A stretch of DNA of 40,524 nt from a virus: the IMG/VR virus record IMGVR_UViG_3300013104_000016, positions 1 through 40,524 of that record. The stretch is one strand, 5' to 3'. The notes beneath the pieces are model-generated. The model was not told the origin of the DNA and did no database searches. It worked only from the letters and a program-made list of their open reading frames with translations. The number at the start of each line of letters is the position of its first letter. The stretch's first letter is position 1. The translations under genes were made by a program, and so were the position numbers. This document shows positions 21,386 to 28,327 of this stretch, piece by piece.

Positions 21386-22212
21386 AGCTCACGAAACAGC
21401 AGTCCAAACTTCACCTGCAGGCGATGGACTTGGTGCACTCCGACAAATCACTGACATGGGAAGACCGTAAGTTCATCGTTGACCATTACTTCGAGGCGCA
21501 AGGTCAACTCAACGCCTTGGCCGGCGCCTTCTTTACCCCCTATGACTTGGCCGTCGATTTCTCCATCGAAGTCGGCGGCGGGGTACTCGAAGGTGGGTCC
21601 ATCGTTGATCTGTGCGCCGGCATCGGCATGCTTTCATTCGCCTGTGAGCACAAGCGCGCGGAAATGACTTGCGTGGAGTTTTGCTCCGAGTACGTGACAG
21701 TGGGGCGCCGCGTCGTGCCATCAGCCCATTGGATCGAAGGCGATGTATTCGGTGTTGACCTTGGGCGTTACACGTTCGCTATCAGCAACCCGCCGTTCGG
21801 CTCCATCAAGGGAGACCAGTTCAGCGGGAAGTACTCGGGCGGTCAGTTCGAATACAAGGTCATTGAACGCGCGTCCACCATTGCGGAATATGGCGTCTTC
21901 ATCTTGCCGCAGGAGTCGGCCTCATTTCGCTATTCCGGGCAGCGGACATATCGCCAGGAAGAGAACGAGCGCGCGCGCAAATTCCGCGAGCAGACGGGCA
22001 TCGTCATGGAACCCGGCTGCGGTGTTGACACCGCCATCTACAAGAACGAATGGCGAAGTGTGAGTCCCATTTGTGAGATCGTCGTTTGCGATTTTGAGCG
22101 CAGATATGAGGCACCTCCACAACTGGAACTTGCCCTCACCGCCTCCCCGGAGGTATCGCCCTATCTGAATAAGCAGTCCGAGGTTCGGATGAAAGCTATG
22201 GAGGCTCTATGA
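21382..22212 (+). CDS. Orphan N6-adenine DNA methyltransferase
   Basis: SAM motif I VDLCAGIGMLSF and catalytic motif IV NPPFG. N-terminal AFFTP. No adjacent restriction gene. Confidence 0.8.
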   Translation: MKLTKQQSKLHLQAMDLVHSDKSLTWEDRKFIVDHYFEAQGQLNALAGAFFTPYDLAVDFSIEVGGGVLEGGSIVDLCAGIGMLSFACEHKRAEMTCVEFCSEYVTVGRRVVPSAHWIEGDVFGVDLGRYTFAISNPPFGSIKGDQFSGKYSGGQFEYKVIERASTIAEYGVFILPQESASFRYSGQRTYRQEENERARKFREQTGIVMEPGCGVDTAIYKNEWRSVSPICEIVVCDFERRYEAPPQLELALTASPEVSPYLNKQSEVRMKAMEAL

Positions 22213-22523
22213 CGACCACCACCACCGAAGCGTTCGAGACAGGCCTTCGCGCTGAGTTTGAGGCGTGGGCGAAGGAACGCGGCCACCCACTGTGCGACGT
22301 GATCCCGAAGTACGGCCCGGCGTCATCGATCAGCGACACGACGTTGCGCTTCTCCGACATCGCATGGGAGGCCTACCGCGCAGCCACAGAGCGCGCGGCA
22401 AAGCAGGTCGAGACGTGTCCGCCACCACGCAAGAACGAAGGCGGCCGAGTCGAGATCGGCGAACGTGCACGCGGTGCATTTGCTGCTGCCATCAGAGCGA
22501 GCAGCGGGAAGGGGGAAGCGTGA
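22209..22523 (+). CDS. Hypothetical protein (104 aa)
   Basis: ATGA overlap upstream. Its 3' end carries junction cassette copy 1. Confidence 0.6.
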   Translation: MTTTTTEAFETGLRAEFEAWAKERGHPLCDVIPKYGPASSISDTTLRFSDIAWEAYRAATERAAKQVETCPPPRKNEGGRVEIGERARGAFAAAIRASSGKGEA

Positions 22524-22837
22524 AAGACCTCGTGCTACCCCTCAAACGCGAGTACTTCGAGGCCATCCGCGACGGCAAGAAGCCCGAGGAATACCGGCTC
22601 TGCAACGAGTACTGGACGAAGCGCCTGCCGTCTCCCTTCGGCATCTATGACCGCATCGTGCTGACGCTCGGCTACCCGGCGCGCGACGACCATGCCCGGC
22701 GCCTCGTGCTGCCTTGGAACGGCTACACCATCAAGACCATCACGCATCCCCACTTCGGGCCTGCGCCGGTCTCGGTGTTCGCCATCTGCGTCCGCGCTGC
22801 TGCCTCCATCGGCAGCGGGAAGGAGTCTGCATCGTGA
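22520..22837 (+). CDS. ASCH-domain protein (105 aa)
   Basis: LPLKREYFEAIRDGKKPEEYR is typical of the ASCH N-terminus. GTG start in a GTGA overlap. Confidence 0.65.
   Translation: MKDLVLPLKREYFEAIRDGKKPEEYRLCNEYWTKRLPSPFGIYDRIVLTLGYPARDDHARRLVLPWNGYTIKTITHPHFGPAPVSVFAICVRAAASIGSGKESAS
22792..22825 (+). repeat. Junction cassette, 34-nt perfect repeat copy A (hairpin plus SD)
   Basis: CCGCGCTGCTGCCTCCATCGGCAGCGGGAAGGAG is identical to 23022-23055. Confidence 0.9.
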
Positions 22838-23064
22838 GCAAGACATTGCACCTGATGACGCAGCGCGGTCAGCCCATGGGCAGTGAACGCCGCTGTTGCG
22901 AGCGCTGTGGGTTGATGATGGTCTGGCGTCCAGATGCGTTCTGGAAAGAGCACGCGCACACGGACGAAGAGCAGCACTACCACGACAACCACGCAGGGCA
23001 CACGACTTGCGAAACGAAACGCCGCGCTGCTGCCTCCATCGGCAGCGGGAAGGAGGGAGCGTGA
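22834..23064 (+). CDS. Hypothetical His/Cys-rich protein (76 aa)
   Basis: GTG start in a GTGA overlap. CCERCG motif. 3' end carries junction cassette copy 3. Confidence 0.5.
   Translation: MSKTLHLMTQRGQPMGSERRCCERCGLMMVWRPDAFWKEHAHTDEEQHYHDNHAGHTTCETKRRAAASIGSGKEGA
23022..23055 (+). repeat. Junction cassette, 34-nt perfect repeat copy B
   Basis: Identical to 22792-22825. Confidence 0.9.
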
Positions 23065-23288
23065 TGTACCCACCGCCAGACCCTTGGCCAAAGGACGAGC
23101 CACTTATTGGCGTGTTCAATGTCCAATCGCTGTACTTCGTAAACAAGCGAATCCCCACAGCAGGCTATCGTTTTGTCAACTGTCGCTTCGACAACTGCAC
23201 GTTTGAAAACGGCTTGGTCAACATGACGAACTGCCAGATCAACAGCGCTGCTGCCGAGACAGCCAGAGAGAAAGGGGCGGAGGGATGA
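23061..23288 (+). CDS. Hypothetical protein (75 aa) with a short pentapeptide-like segment
   Basis: FVNCRFDNCTFENGLVNMTNC has 5-residue periodicity. GTG/ATG start at 23061/23064. Confidence 0.5.
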   Translation: MMYPPPDPWPKDEPLIGVFNVQSLYFVNKRIPTAGYRFVNCRFDNCTFENGLVNMTNCQINSAAAETAREKGAEG

Positions 23289-23518
23289 AAACCGAAATGA
23301 TGCTGCTGATCCAGACGGATGGGCGCCCCACCCTCAATCTCACCGAGATCGCGTCCCTGCTATCGATTGAGCCGAGGACTGCACAGAACCGGATCTATGC
23401 CAAACGCATGCCGTTTCCAGTGTTCAAGCTCGGCGAATCTGGAGACTGGGTAGCCCATATTTCAGACGTGGCCGAGTACATAGACGGTCAGCGGGAAGCC
23501 GCAAGGGCTGCGGCCTGA
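23285..23518 (+). CDS. xis: PrtN-family DNA-binding protein, likely excisionase
   Basis: Pattern LL.Q..G...L....A.....P.....RI.....P.PV.......W.....DVAEYIDGQREAA matches the PrtN/excisionase family. Directly upstream of the att-like region and int. Confidence 0.6.
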   Translation: MKTEMMLLIQTDGRPTLNLTEIASLLSIEPRTAQNRIYAKRMPFPVFKLGESGDWVAHISDVAEYIDGQREAARAAA

Positions 23519-23742
23519 ACGCTACGAGATTGCTACGAAACGGCCTGGAACCCGCATGGATACTTGCATTCGCGACAATCCATCATCGGTGCAATGGAAA
23601 GCCTCATAGTTCCGTAAGTCGTTGATTCCATTGGGTAAGTGCTTGATCTTGATGTATTTTTACGCCTCATGGATTGCACGAATCGCCACTGGCAAAAACT
23701 AATCTACATTTCCTGAGTGCTACGACAGTGCTACGGGAAAAC
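23519..23742. other. Putative attP region with arm-type repeats
   Basis: AT-rich 224-bp gap between xis and int. TGCTACGR direct repeats in two 11-bp-spaced pairs (23521/23532 and 23719/23730). Internal CATGGAT(AC)TTGCA-type repeats at 23555 and 23668, with an inverted copy at about 23577-23598. Confidence 0.5.
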
Positions 23743-24747
23743 ATGGCATCCATCATCAAAATCGGCTCGAAGTGGCGGGCTCAGGTACGCCGCAAGGGGC
23801 ACCCCCCTCAGACCAAGACATTTTCTACCAAGACGCTTGCCCAGCAGTGGGCCAAGGCTCTAGAGGGGGATGCCGAATTGCTCAGCGCTGGTCAGATGCC
23901 GCGCGGCCCAGAATGGACCGTCGAAAAGGTAATCGAGCGTTACGAGGAAGAGATTGAGAAGACAAAGACGATGGGCCGAAACAAGAAGGCCGTCTTGAAG
24001 ACATTGCGCACGTTGCTGGCGAAGGTGCAGCTTGCAGATTTGACGCCGGAGCGGATCGTCACCTATGTACGCGACGACAGAGGGGTGGATGGCGTCACGG
24101 CGTCAATCGACCTTACCTACCTCAAGGGCGTACTGAAGGTGTCGCGCGCACTACTGAAGGTTCCAGTTCGCCCAACCATCGTTGACGATGCGCGGGAGAC
24201 CCTCAACCATCTAGGGATGCTCTCTAGGAGCAATGAACGGGACCGGCGCCCGACAGCCAAGGAGATTGAGCAAATCAGGGAATGGCTGAACGAGCGCAGT
24301 GAAACGCTGACTGTCGATCACATCGACTTCATCCTGGATTCATGCTTCAGGCCACCAAGCGAGATCGTGAACCTACGATGGGAGGACCTCAACCGAGAGG
24401 ACAGGACGATCATGATCCGAGACCGAAAAGACCCACGGAAGAAGATCGGCAACAACCAGATCGTGCCGCTGCTTGGCCGATGCATGGAGATCATCGAGCG
24501 CCAACCGAAGAAAGGTCCGCTGATCTTCCCGGTGAACGGAGCGAGTTGGAGCAGCCTATTCCCACGAGCCTGCCAAGCGCACAAGATCAAGAATCTGAGG
24601 CTCTACGATTTGAGGCATGAGGCAATCAGCCGCTTGGTGGCGACCAATAAATACAGCATCCTGGAGATGATGCTGATCACGGGGCACAAAGACCCGAAGC
24701 AACTTGCCAGATACACGCAGTTGCGGGCGAGGGATCTACACCGCTAG
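23743..24747 (+). CDS. int: Tyrosine integrase
   Basis: N-terminus MASIIKIGSKWRAQVRRKG. Catalytic-region pattern LRLYDLRHEAISRL...TGHKD...LARYTQL. Start trimmed from the track ORF (23674). Confidence 0.85.
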   Translation: MASIIKIGSKWRAQVRRKGHPPQTKTFSTKTLAQQWAKALEGDAELLSAGQMPRGPEWTVEKVIERYEEEIEKTKTMGRNKKAVLKTLRTLLAKVQLADLTPERIVTYVRDDRGVDGVTASIDLTYLKGVLKVSRALLKVPVRPTIVDDARETLNHLGMLSRSNERDRRPTAKEIEQIREWLNERSETLTVDHIDFILDSCFRPPSEIVNLRWEDLNREDRTIMIRDRKDPRKKIGNNQIVPLLGRCMEIIERQPKKGPLIFPVNGASWSSLFPRACQAHKIKNLRLYDLRHEAISRLVATNKYSILEMMLITGHKDPKQLARYTQLRARDLHR

Positions 24748-25013
24748 CGCTTCGGCCAGCTACCGAGACTGTAGTCCGTCGTAGGAGCGCTCACAGGCTT
24801 GCCAGCGAGCGCTGCCTCTCGGCATTCGTTGTACTGCCCAGCCACCTCAACCAGCTTCAGCACCGTAGCCCCGAAGCTCGGGTCACTTAGTTCCGTCAAC
24901 TTTGGGCAACTGCTCACCACCAGCGGGCTCGGCAATCCGTCCGGCGAGCGCGGAATTGATGCTGCGCAGGCCGTCAGGAGTATTGACGCAAGTCCGATAG
25001 ACAGTGTTCTCAC
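24744..25013 (-). CDS. Rz1: o-spanin Rz1-like lipoprotein (89 aa), overlapping the Rz 3' end and extending beyond it
   Basis: GTG at 25013, then a signal peptide with lipobox LLTAC, in the +1 frame within Rz. Its stop shares the palindrome GCTAGC with the int stop. Confidence 0.6.
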   Translation of the reverse strand: MRTLSIGLASILLTACAASIPRSPDGLPSPLVVSSCPKLTELSDPSFGATVLKLVEVAGQYNECREAALAGKPVSAPTTDYSLGSWPKR

Positions 25014-25242
25014 GAACGATGGTTTCGGTCTTTGCGCGGATGGTCGTGTTGACCGGCTTGAGTTTGGCAATGGCATCTGCAGCTCCTTGCTGGGCGGCTT
25101 CTCGGGTTTCCTGGCGGATCTTGTCGTCGCTGGCCTGCTTGGCGATGATCTTGTCTTCACCGACGCCGATGCAGTACCAGCCTGTTCCGGCAATTGAGGC
25201 GCCCCAGCCGATGACCAGGGCGAGCAGAACATAGGGGTTCAT
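24883..25242 (-). CDS. Rz: i-spanin Rz-like protein (119 aa)
   Basis: N-terminal transmembrane helix NPYVLLALVIGWGASIAGTGWY, then a charged helical periplasmic domain. Downstream of the endolysin. Confidence 0.7.
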   Translation of the reverse strand: MNPYVLLALVIGWGASIAGTGWYCIGVGEDKIIAKQASDDKIRQETREAAQQGAADAIAKLKPVNTTIRAKTETIVRENTVYRTCVNTPDGLRSINSALAGRIAEPAGGEQLPKVDGTK

Positions 25243-25424
25243 GTAAAATCCCTGTGGTGGTGACCGCGCCGTGCTGAGGCGCACTGCTTGGTTTGACGGG
25301 AATATGGGTAGACGCGGTACATCCTTGATAACGACCGTGCTGGGCAGAGTGAGAATTGACGAAGCCGCGAGTGTCGAAAGACATCTGAGCCACTAAGCCG
25401 GAGATCAGCGCCGGCCACCATCAC
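25239..25424 (-). CDS. Questionable Arg-rich ORF (61 aa) filling the endolysin-Rz gap
   Basis: ATGA overlaps at both ends (25424-25421 and 25242-25239), but the composition looks non-protein-like. Confidence 0.25.
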   Translation of the reverse strand: MMVAGADLRLSGSDVFRHSRLRQFSLCPARSLSRMYRVYPYSRQTKQCASARRGHHHRDFT

Positions 25425-25954
25425 TCCATCCCCAGCGCAGCCTTGGCGCTAGCCCAGAGCATCTGACGCTCGCTGAGCCCGTTGTAGCCGCCGTTGATTG
25501 TCCGGACCACCTTCAGGAAGTCGCCGGCATCAGCAGCAGGGCTAAGGTTGTGCGACTGCCAGAAGTAGCCTGCGCTGCGTGCAGCATCCAGAGGCTGTGC
25601 CAAGCGGTCGGGGTCGCTCAAGTAGTCAACGCCCAGATGACCGCTCAAGGCGGCATAGTTGGCGCGCCCGGTGGTCTGGAGAAGGCCGCGCCCACGGAAC
25701 TTGAACCCGTCGCCAGGTTGCACGTTGCCAAGGTCGCGCCGGCCTTCGTAGCGTTGCTGGGCAATCGTTGGGCCCCAAAGTTCTGTGAGCCAGTGCAAGC
25801 CGCCAGATTCGTGCCCGATGTTGGCGAGAAAGGCCGCCTGCTGCTCGGGCGTGCTGATGCCGAATTCCTGCATCGCAGCGGTGATTGGATCGGCAAAGCG
25901 CTCAGCGCGGTCAAGACGTGCGCCAGTGCAGCGAGCAAGAGTTTTGGCGTCCAT
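25421..25954 (-). CDS. Endolysin, glycoside hydrolase family 19 (chitinase-like lysozyme)
   Basis: Motifs FLANIGHESGGL...FKFRGRGLLQTTGRANY...INGG are typical of GH19 phage endolysins. Confidence 0.85.
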   Translation of the reverse strand: MDAKTLARCTGARLDRAERFADPITAAMQEFGISTPEQQAAFLANIGHESGGLHWLTELWGPTIAQQRYEGRRDLGNVQPGDGFKFRGRGLLQTTGRANYAALSGHLGVDYLSDPDRLAQPLDAARSAGYFWQSHNLSPAADAGDFLKVVRTINGGYNGLSERQMLWASAKAALGME

Positions 25955-25956
25955 GG

Positions 25957-26220
25957 TCACTCCTTCGGATCTTGCTTCTTGATGCGCAGGAAGAAGCCGA
26001 TCACGCCAATGGCGACAACGGCCCAAGATGTCGGGACGTGCAGCGCGGCCAAGACCGATTCAACGATCTTCGTCTGGGCATCTGGCGGCAAGAAGTTCCA
26101 GGCCACGCCGGCGCTGATGAGGAACACGTTCCACTTGCCTGTGAACTTGCCCCAGACCTCTTTGAAGGAGAGGAATCGCGCGGCGTACCACGCTGCCAGT
26201 CGTTCTTTGAACTCGTTCAT
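25957..26220 (-). CDS. Holin candidate (87 aa, two transmembrane helices)
   Basis: ATGA overlap at 26220-26217. Transmembrane segments VFLISAGVAWNFL and WAVVAIGVIGFFL, with a charged C-terminus. Immediately upstream of the endolysin. Confidence 0.6.
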   Translation of the reverse strand: MNEFKERLAAWYAARFLSFKEVWGKFTGKWNVFLISAGVAWNFLPPDAQTKIVESVLAALHVPTSWAVVAIGVIGFFLRIKKQDPKE

Positions 26221-26480
26221 TTGCCGCCCTTGAAGTGCGCGAAGTAAGCCCCGATGGCAACGCCAAGGCTGACGATGGCAGCGAGGGGCTTTGCTGCCTT
26301 GCCGATGACTTCCAATACCTTCATGGCGCCCTGCCATGACCGGAACATCGCGATCATCTCGTTCGTGTCCGTCTCGATGCGCTTGGTGGTGGCTGTGTTC
26401 TCGGCAAGACCTCGTTCAAGGTTGCCGACACGATCACGGAGTTCACCGAGGCCGCTGGGGATGTCTGTGTTGTCTAGCAT
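26217..26480 (-). CDS. Membrane-anchored coiled-coil protein (87 aa), lysis-associated (antiholin or lysis regulator candidate)
   Basis: N-terminal helical segment and a C-terminal transmembrane helix PLAAIVSLGVAIGAYFAHF. Confidence 0.55.
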   Translation of the reverse strand: MLDNTDIPSGLGELRDRVGNLERGLAENTATTKRIETDTNEMIAMFRSWQGAMKVLEVIGKAAKPLAAIVSLGVAIGAYFAHFKGGK

Positions 26481-26483
26481 TTC

Positions 26484-26813
26484 TTACCCTCGATGAATAC
26501 CTTCCGGATCAACAGCGTCCAGAAGGTTTGAGCGAATCCAATACGCCCAGTTCTTGCGCCAGCCCTCGTCACCATTGCTTAGTTTCCAAAGCCTTGTGGA
26601 GAGCGTCATTTCGTGCGGCAACTGCAGGAACACCAGCGTTCCAAACACCACGTTGACAACGAAATCCACAGCTAGCCCGACGAACAGCGCCGGGTAGCCG
26701 AAGACCTTCATTGCAAGCGTGAGTTTTCCAGCGTCGCGGACCTGCTTAAGGCGCATGACGGCGGCGTACAGCACCCAGAGGATCCAGGGGGATAGAAGTA
26801 GGTAGGCCATCAT
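26484..26813 (-). CDS. Three-helix membrane protein (109 aa)
   Basis: Three hydrophobic helices. ATGA overlap with the upstream gene. Sits between the tail fibre module and the lysis genes. Confidence 0.6.
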   Translation of the reverse strand: MMAYLLLSPWILWVLYAAVMRLKQVRDAGKLTLAMKVFGYPALFVGLAVDFVVNVVFGTLVFLQLPHEMTLSTRLWKLSNGDEGWRKNWAYWIRSNLLDAVDPEGIHRG

Positions 26814-27235
26814 TTGATCGCGTCCGAAAAGGCTTTTCTCAGGTCCACAGGAAGCGCCATCGCCAGTCCGATGTACGCCGCTTTCACCGCCTGCCGCATG
26901 TCCTCATAGGTCACGCATGCAGACAGATCGGTGTTCGTGATATCGCGTAGGCCTTGTTTGGCCGTCTCAAGGGCTAGGGCACGCGTTGTCTCGCTCTTGG
27001 TAAGGCAGGTTGCCTGCAATCCATCAAGGACGCCGATGATCGGCTGTCGCTGGATCCGCGTTGCCGCTTTTGCCTGCTCTACCAGCTCGGCGTGCGATGG
27101 TTGCGGCGGATCAGCCGGCACACCGCCAGCCGCTTGCCATTCTTGAAAAGCCATGAAATCAGCGTTTAGCGGGTCAAAGGGAATCCATGCGCCATCGTCT
27201 CGCGCGACGTAGGACGGGTACAGCGTGTACATCAC
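26810..27235 (-). CDS. Hypothetical protein (141 aa), possible tail fibre assembly or chaperone protein
   Basis: Directly downstream of the tail fibre gene with a GTGATG overlap. Confidence 0.55.
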   Translation of the reverse strand: MMYTLYPSYVARDDGAWIPFDPLNADFMAFQEWQAAGGVPADPPQPSHAELVEQAKAATRIQRQPIIGVLDGLQATCLTKSETTRALALETAKQGLRDITNTDLSACVTYEDMRQAVKAAYIGLAMALPVDLRKAFSDAIK

Positions 27236-28155
27236 AGCTCCGCAGAGGCGGTGTAGTGCATCGCCATCACAGCGTTTGCTGGCGGCGCGGAAATCGTCGT
27301 AACTGCCGCGAAGTTCTGGCTCGTCGTTGAAGTGCCAAGGGTTGCCGAAGCAAAGTCGGTCCCTGCGCTTTCGTTTCGTACAGAACCAGATGCCCCAGTA
27401 GTCGGGTTGTAAACCGTAAGCGTTGGAGCTACCCTCAAAACTGGGCTGAAGAAAATAGGGAATGCCACATAGGCAGAAGTCGATGAAGAAAAGTTCACCA
27501 ACCGGCCAGAAGCAGCGCTAGCAGTTCCAGCCGCTTGTGCTTGATAGCTGGTCTGGTAGTACCTTTGGCATGCCAGTAGTTCCGAGCTATACGGCCGGCG
27601 CTCAAACTGGCTTGCAGTCGAGTTCGGCTCTACCTGTACTTTGCTGATCGAACCAACATTCAGCTCAACAGTAAGATTGGTTCCGGCTGTGACGCCAGTG
27701 GCCTGCACGCCAGTAGCCGCAAAAGCGCCTCCGTTAATCTTCCCTTGGGCCGTACCAGACCATGACATGGTGTAGGTCCCGCCCTCGACATTCAACCCCT
27801 CGATAACCTGGACCAACGAACCAGCAGAGATCGTGATCGTGGTGTCTAGCCCCGATGTCGTGAAGGTGTATGTACAGCCTGAAGCACCCGCTTTCCATCG
27901 GTCGTGCCCGTAGATGCCAGCCGCCAGCGTGACCGTCCCGGAAACCGCTCGCTGGTTGACCGCAAAGTTTCCGTTGATAATCCGGTTTCGGGTGCCGAGT
28001 TGGGCGGTGAAGCCGTTGCCATCCCGGAGCTGGGCAATGAACGACAAGGCATACCGGATGGCGTCATCAAGTGACGAAGGCGGATCTGCGGAGCCGTCAG
28101 GGCCGTTGGAGGCCGCAGTTTGAGAAAGTCCCGCGAGGGTTGTGTTGACTGCCAA
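27232..28155 (-). CDS. Tail fibre / receptor-binding protein (307 aa, TTG start)
   Basis: N-terminus LSQTAASNGPDGSADPPSSLDDAIRYALSFIAQLRDG, then NRIINGNFAVNQR...DRW, typical of short tail fibres. GGAG lies 6 nt before the TTG. Confidence 0.75.
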   Translation of the reverse strand: MAVNTTLAGLSQTAASNGPDGSADPPSSLDDAIRYALSFIAQLRDGNGFTAQLGTRNRIINGNFAVNQRAVSGTVTLAAGIYGHDRWKAGASGCTYTFTTSGLDTTITISAGSLVQVIEGLNVEGGTYTMSWSGTAQGKINGGAFAATGVQATGVTAGTNLTVELNVGSISKVQVEPNSTASQFERRPYSSELLACQRYYQTSYQAQAAGTASAASGRLVNFSSSTSAYVAFPIFFSPVLRVAPTLTVYNPTTGASGSVRNESAGTDFASATLGTSTTSQNFAAVTTISAPPANAVMAMHYTASAEL

Positions 28156-28161
28156 TTTGAA

Positions 28162-28184
28162 CTCCGGCGCTTCGCAGCGTTAGG
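28162..28184 (-). promoter_or_regulatory. GNRA-hairpin/SD element copy 1 (upstream of the tail fibre)
   Basis: Minus strand CCTAA-CGCT-GCGA-AGCG-CCGGAG, then 6 nt, then TTG. Confidence 0.5.
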
Positions 28185-28219
28185 GGTTATGAAAACCGGG
28201 TTACCGGCTTAGGAGTGAT

Positions 28220-28327
28220 ATGAAACGAGATCAGAGCACCGAAAATTCGGTTGCCGCCTTGGCTTTGGTTGTTCCTGTAGTTGTGATTGCCGTTGCAGTC
28301 GTCGCATTCTTCCTAGCGCTGATCTAG
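28220..28327 (+). CDS. Antisense-oriented hydrophobic mini-ORF (35 aa, MKRDQSTENSVAALALVVPVVVIAVAVVAFFLALI)
   Basis: AGGAG 4 nt before the ATG. Polar head plus a 25-aa transmembrane tail. Lies in the 157-bp gap of the minus-strand late operon. Its 3' end overlaps the stop region of the convergent 678-aa gene by 15 nt. Lower GC3. Confidence 0.35.
   Translation: MKRDQSTENSVAALALVVPVVVIAVAVVAFFLALI

Noticed and set aside
27232-28155. A BPP-1-style diversity-generating retroelement acting on the tail fibre (the virion module resembles BPP-1-like podoviruses).
   Set aside because: No reverse-transcriptase-like ORF exists anywhere in the window. I saw no template/variable repeat pair matching the 3' end of the tail fibre gene.
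28157-28186. A sigma70 promoter for the antisense mini-ORF (TTGAAC-N17-TTAGGG, or TTGACT further upstream).
   Set aside because: The -10 candidates lack the conserved final T and the A at position 2 in proper register. The apparent signal is the reverse complement of the GNRA-hairpin element, so promoter status is unsupported.
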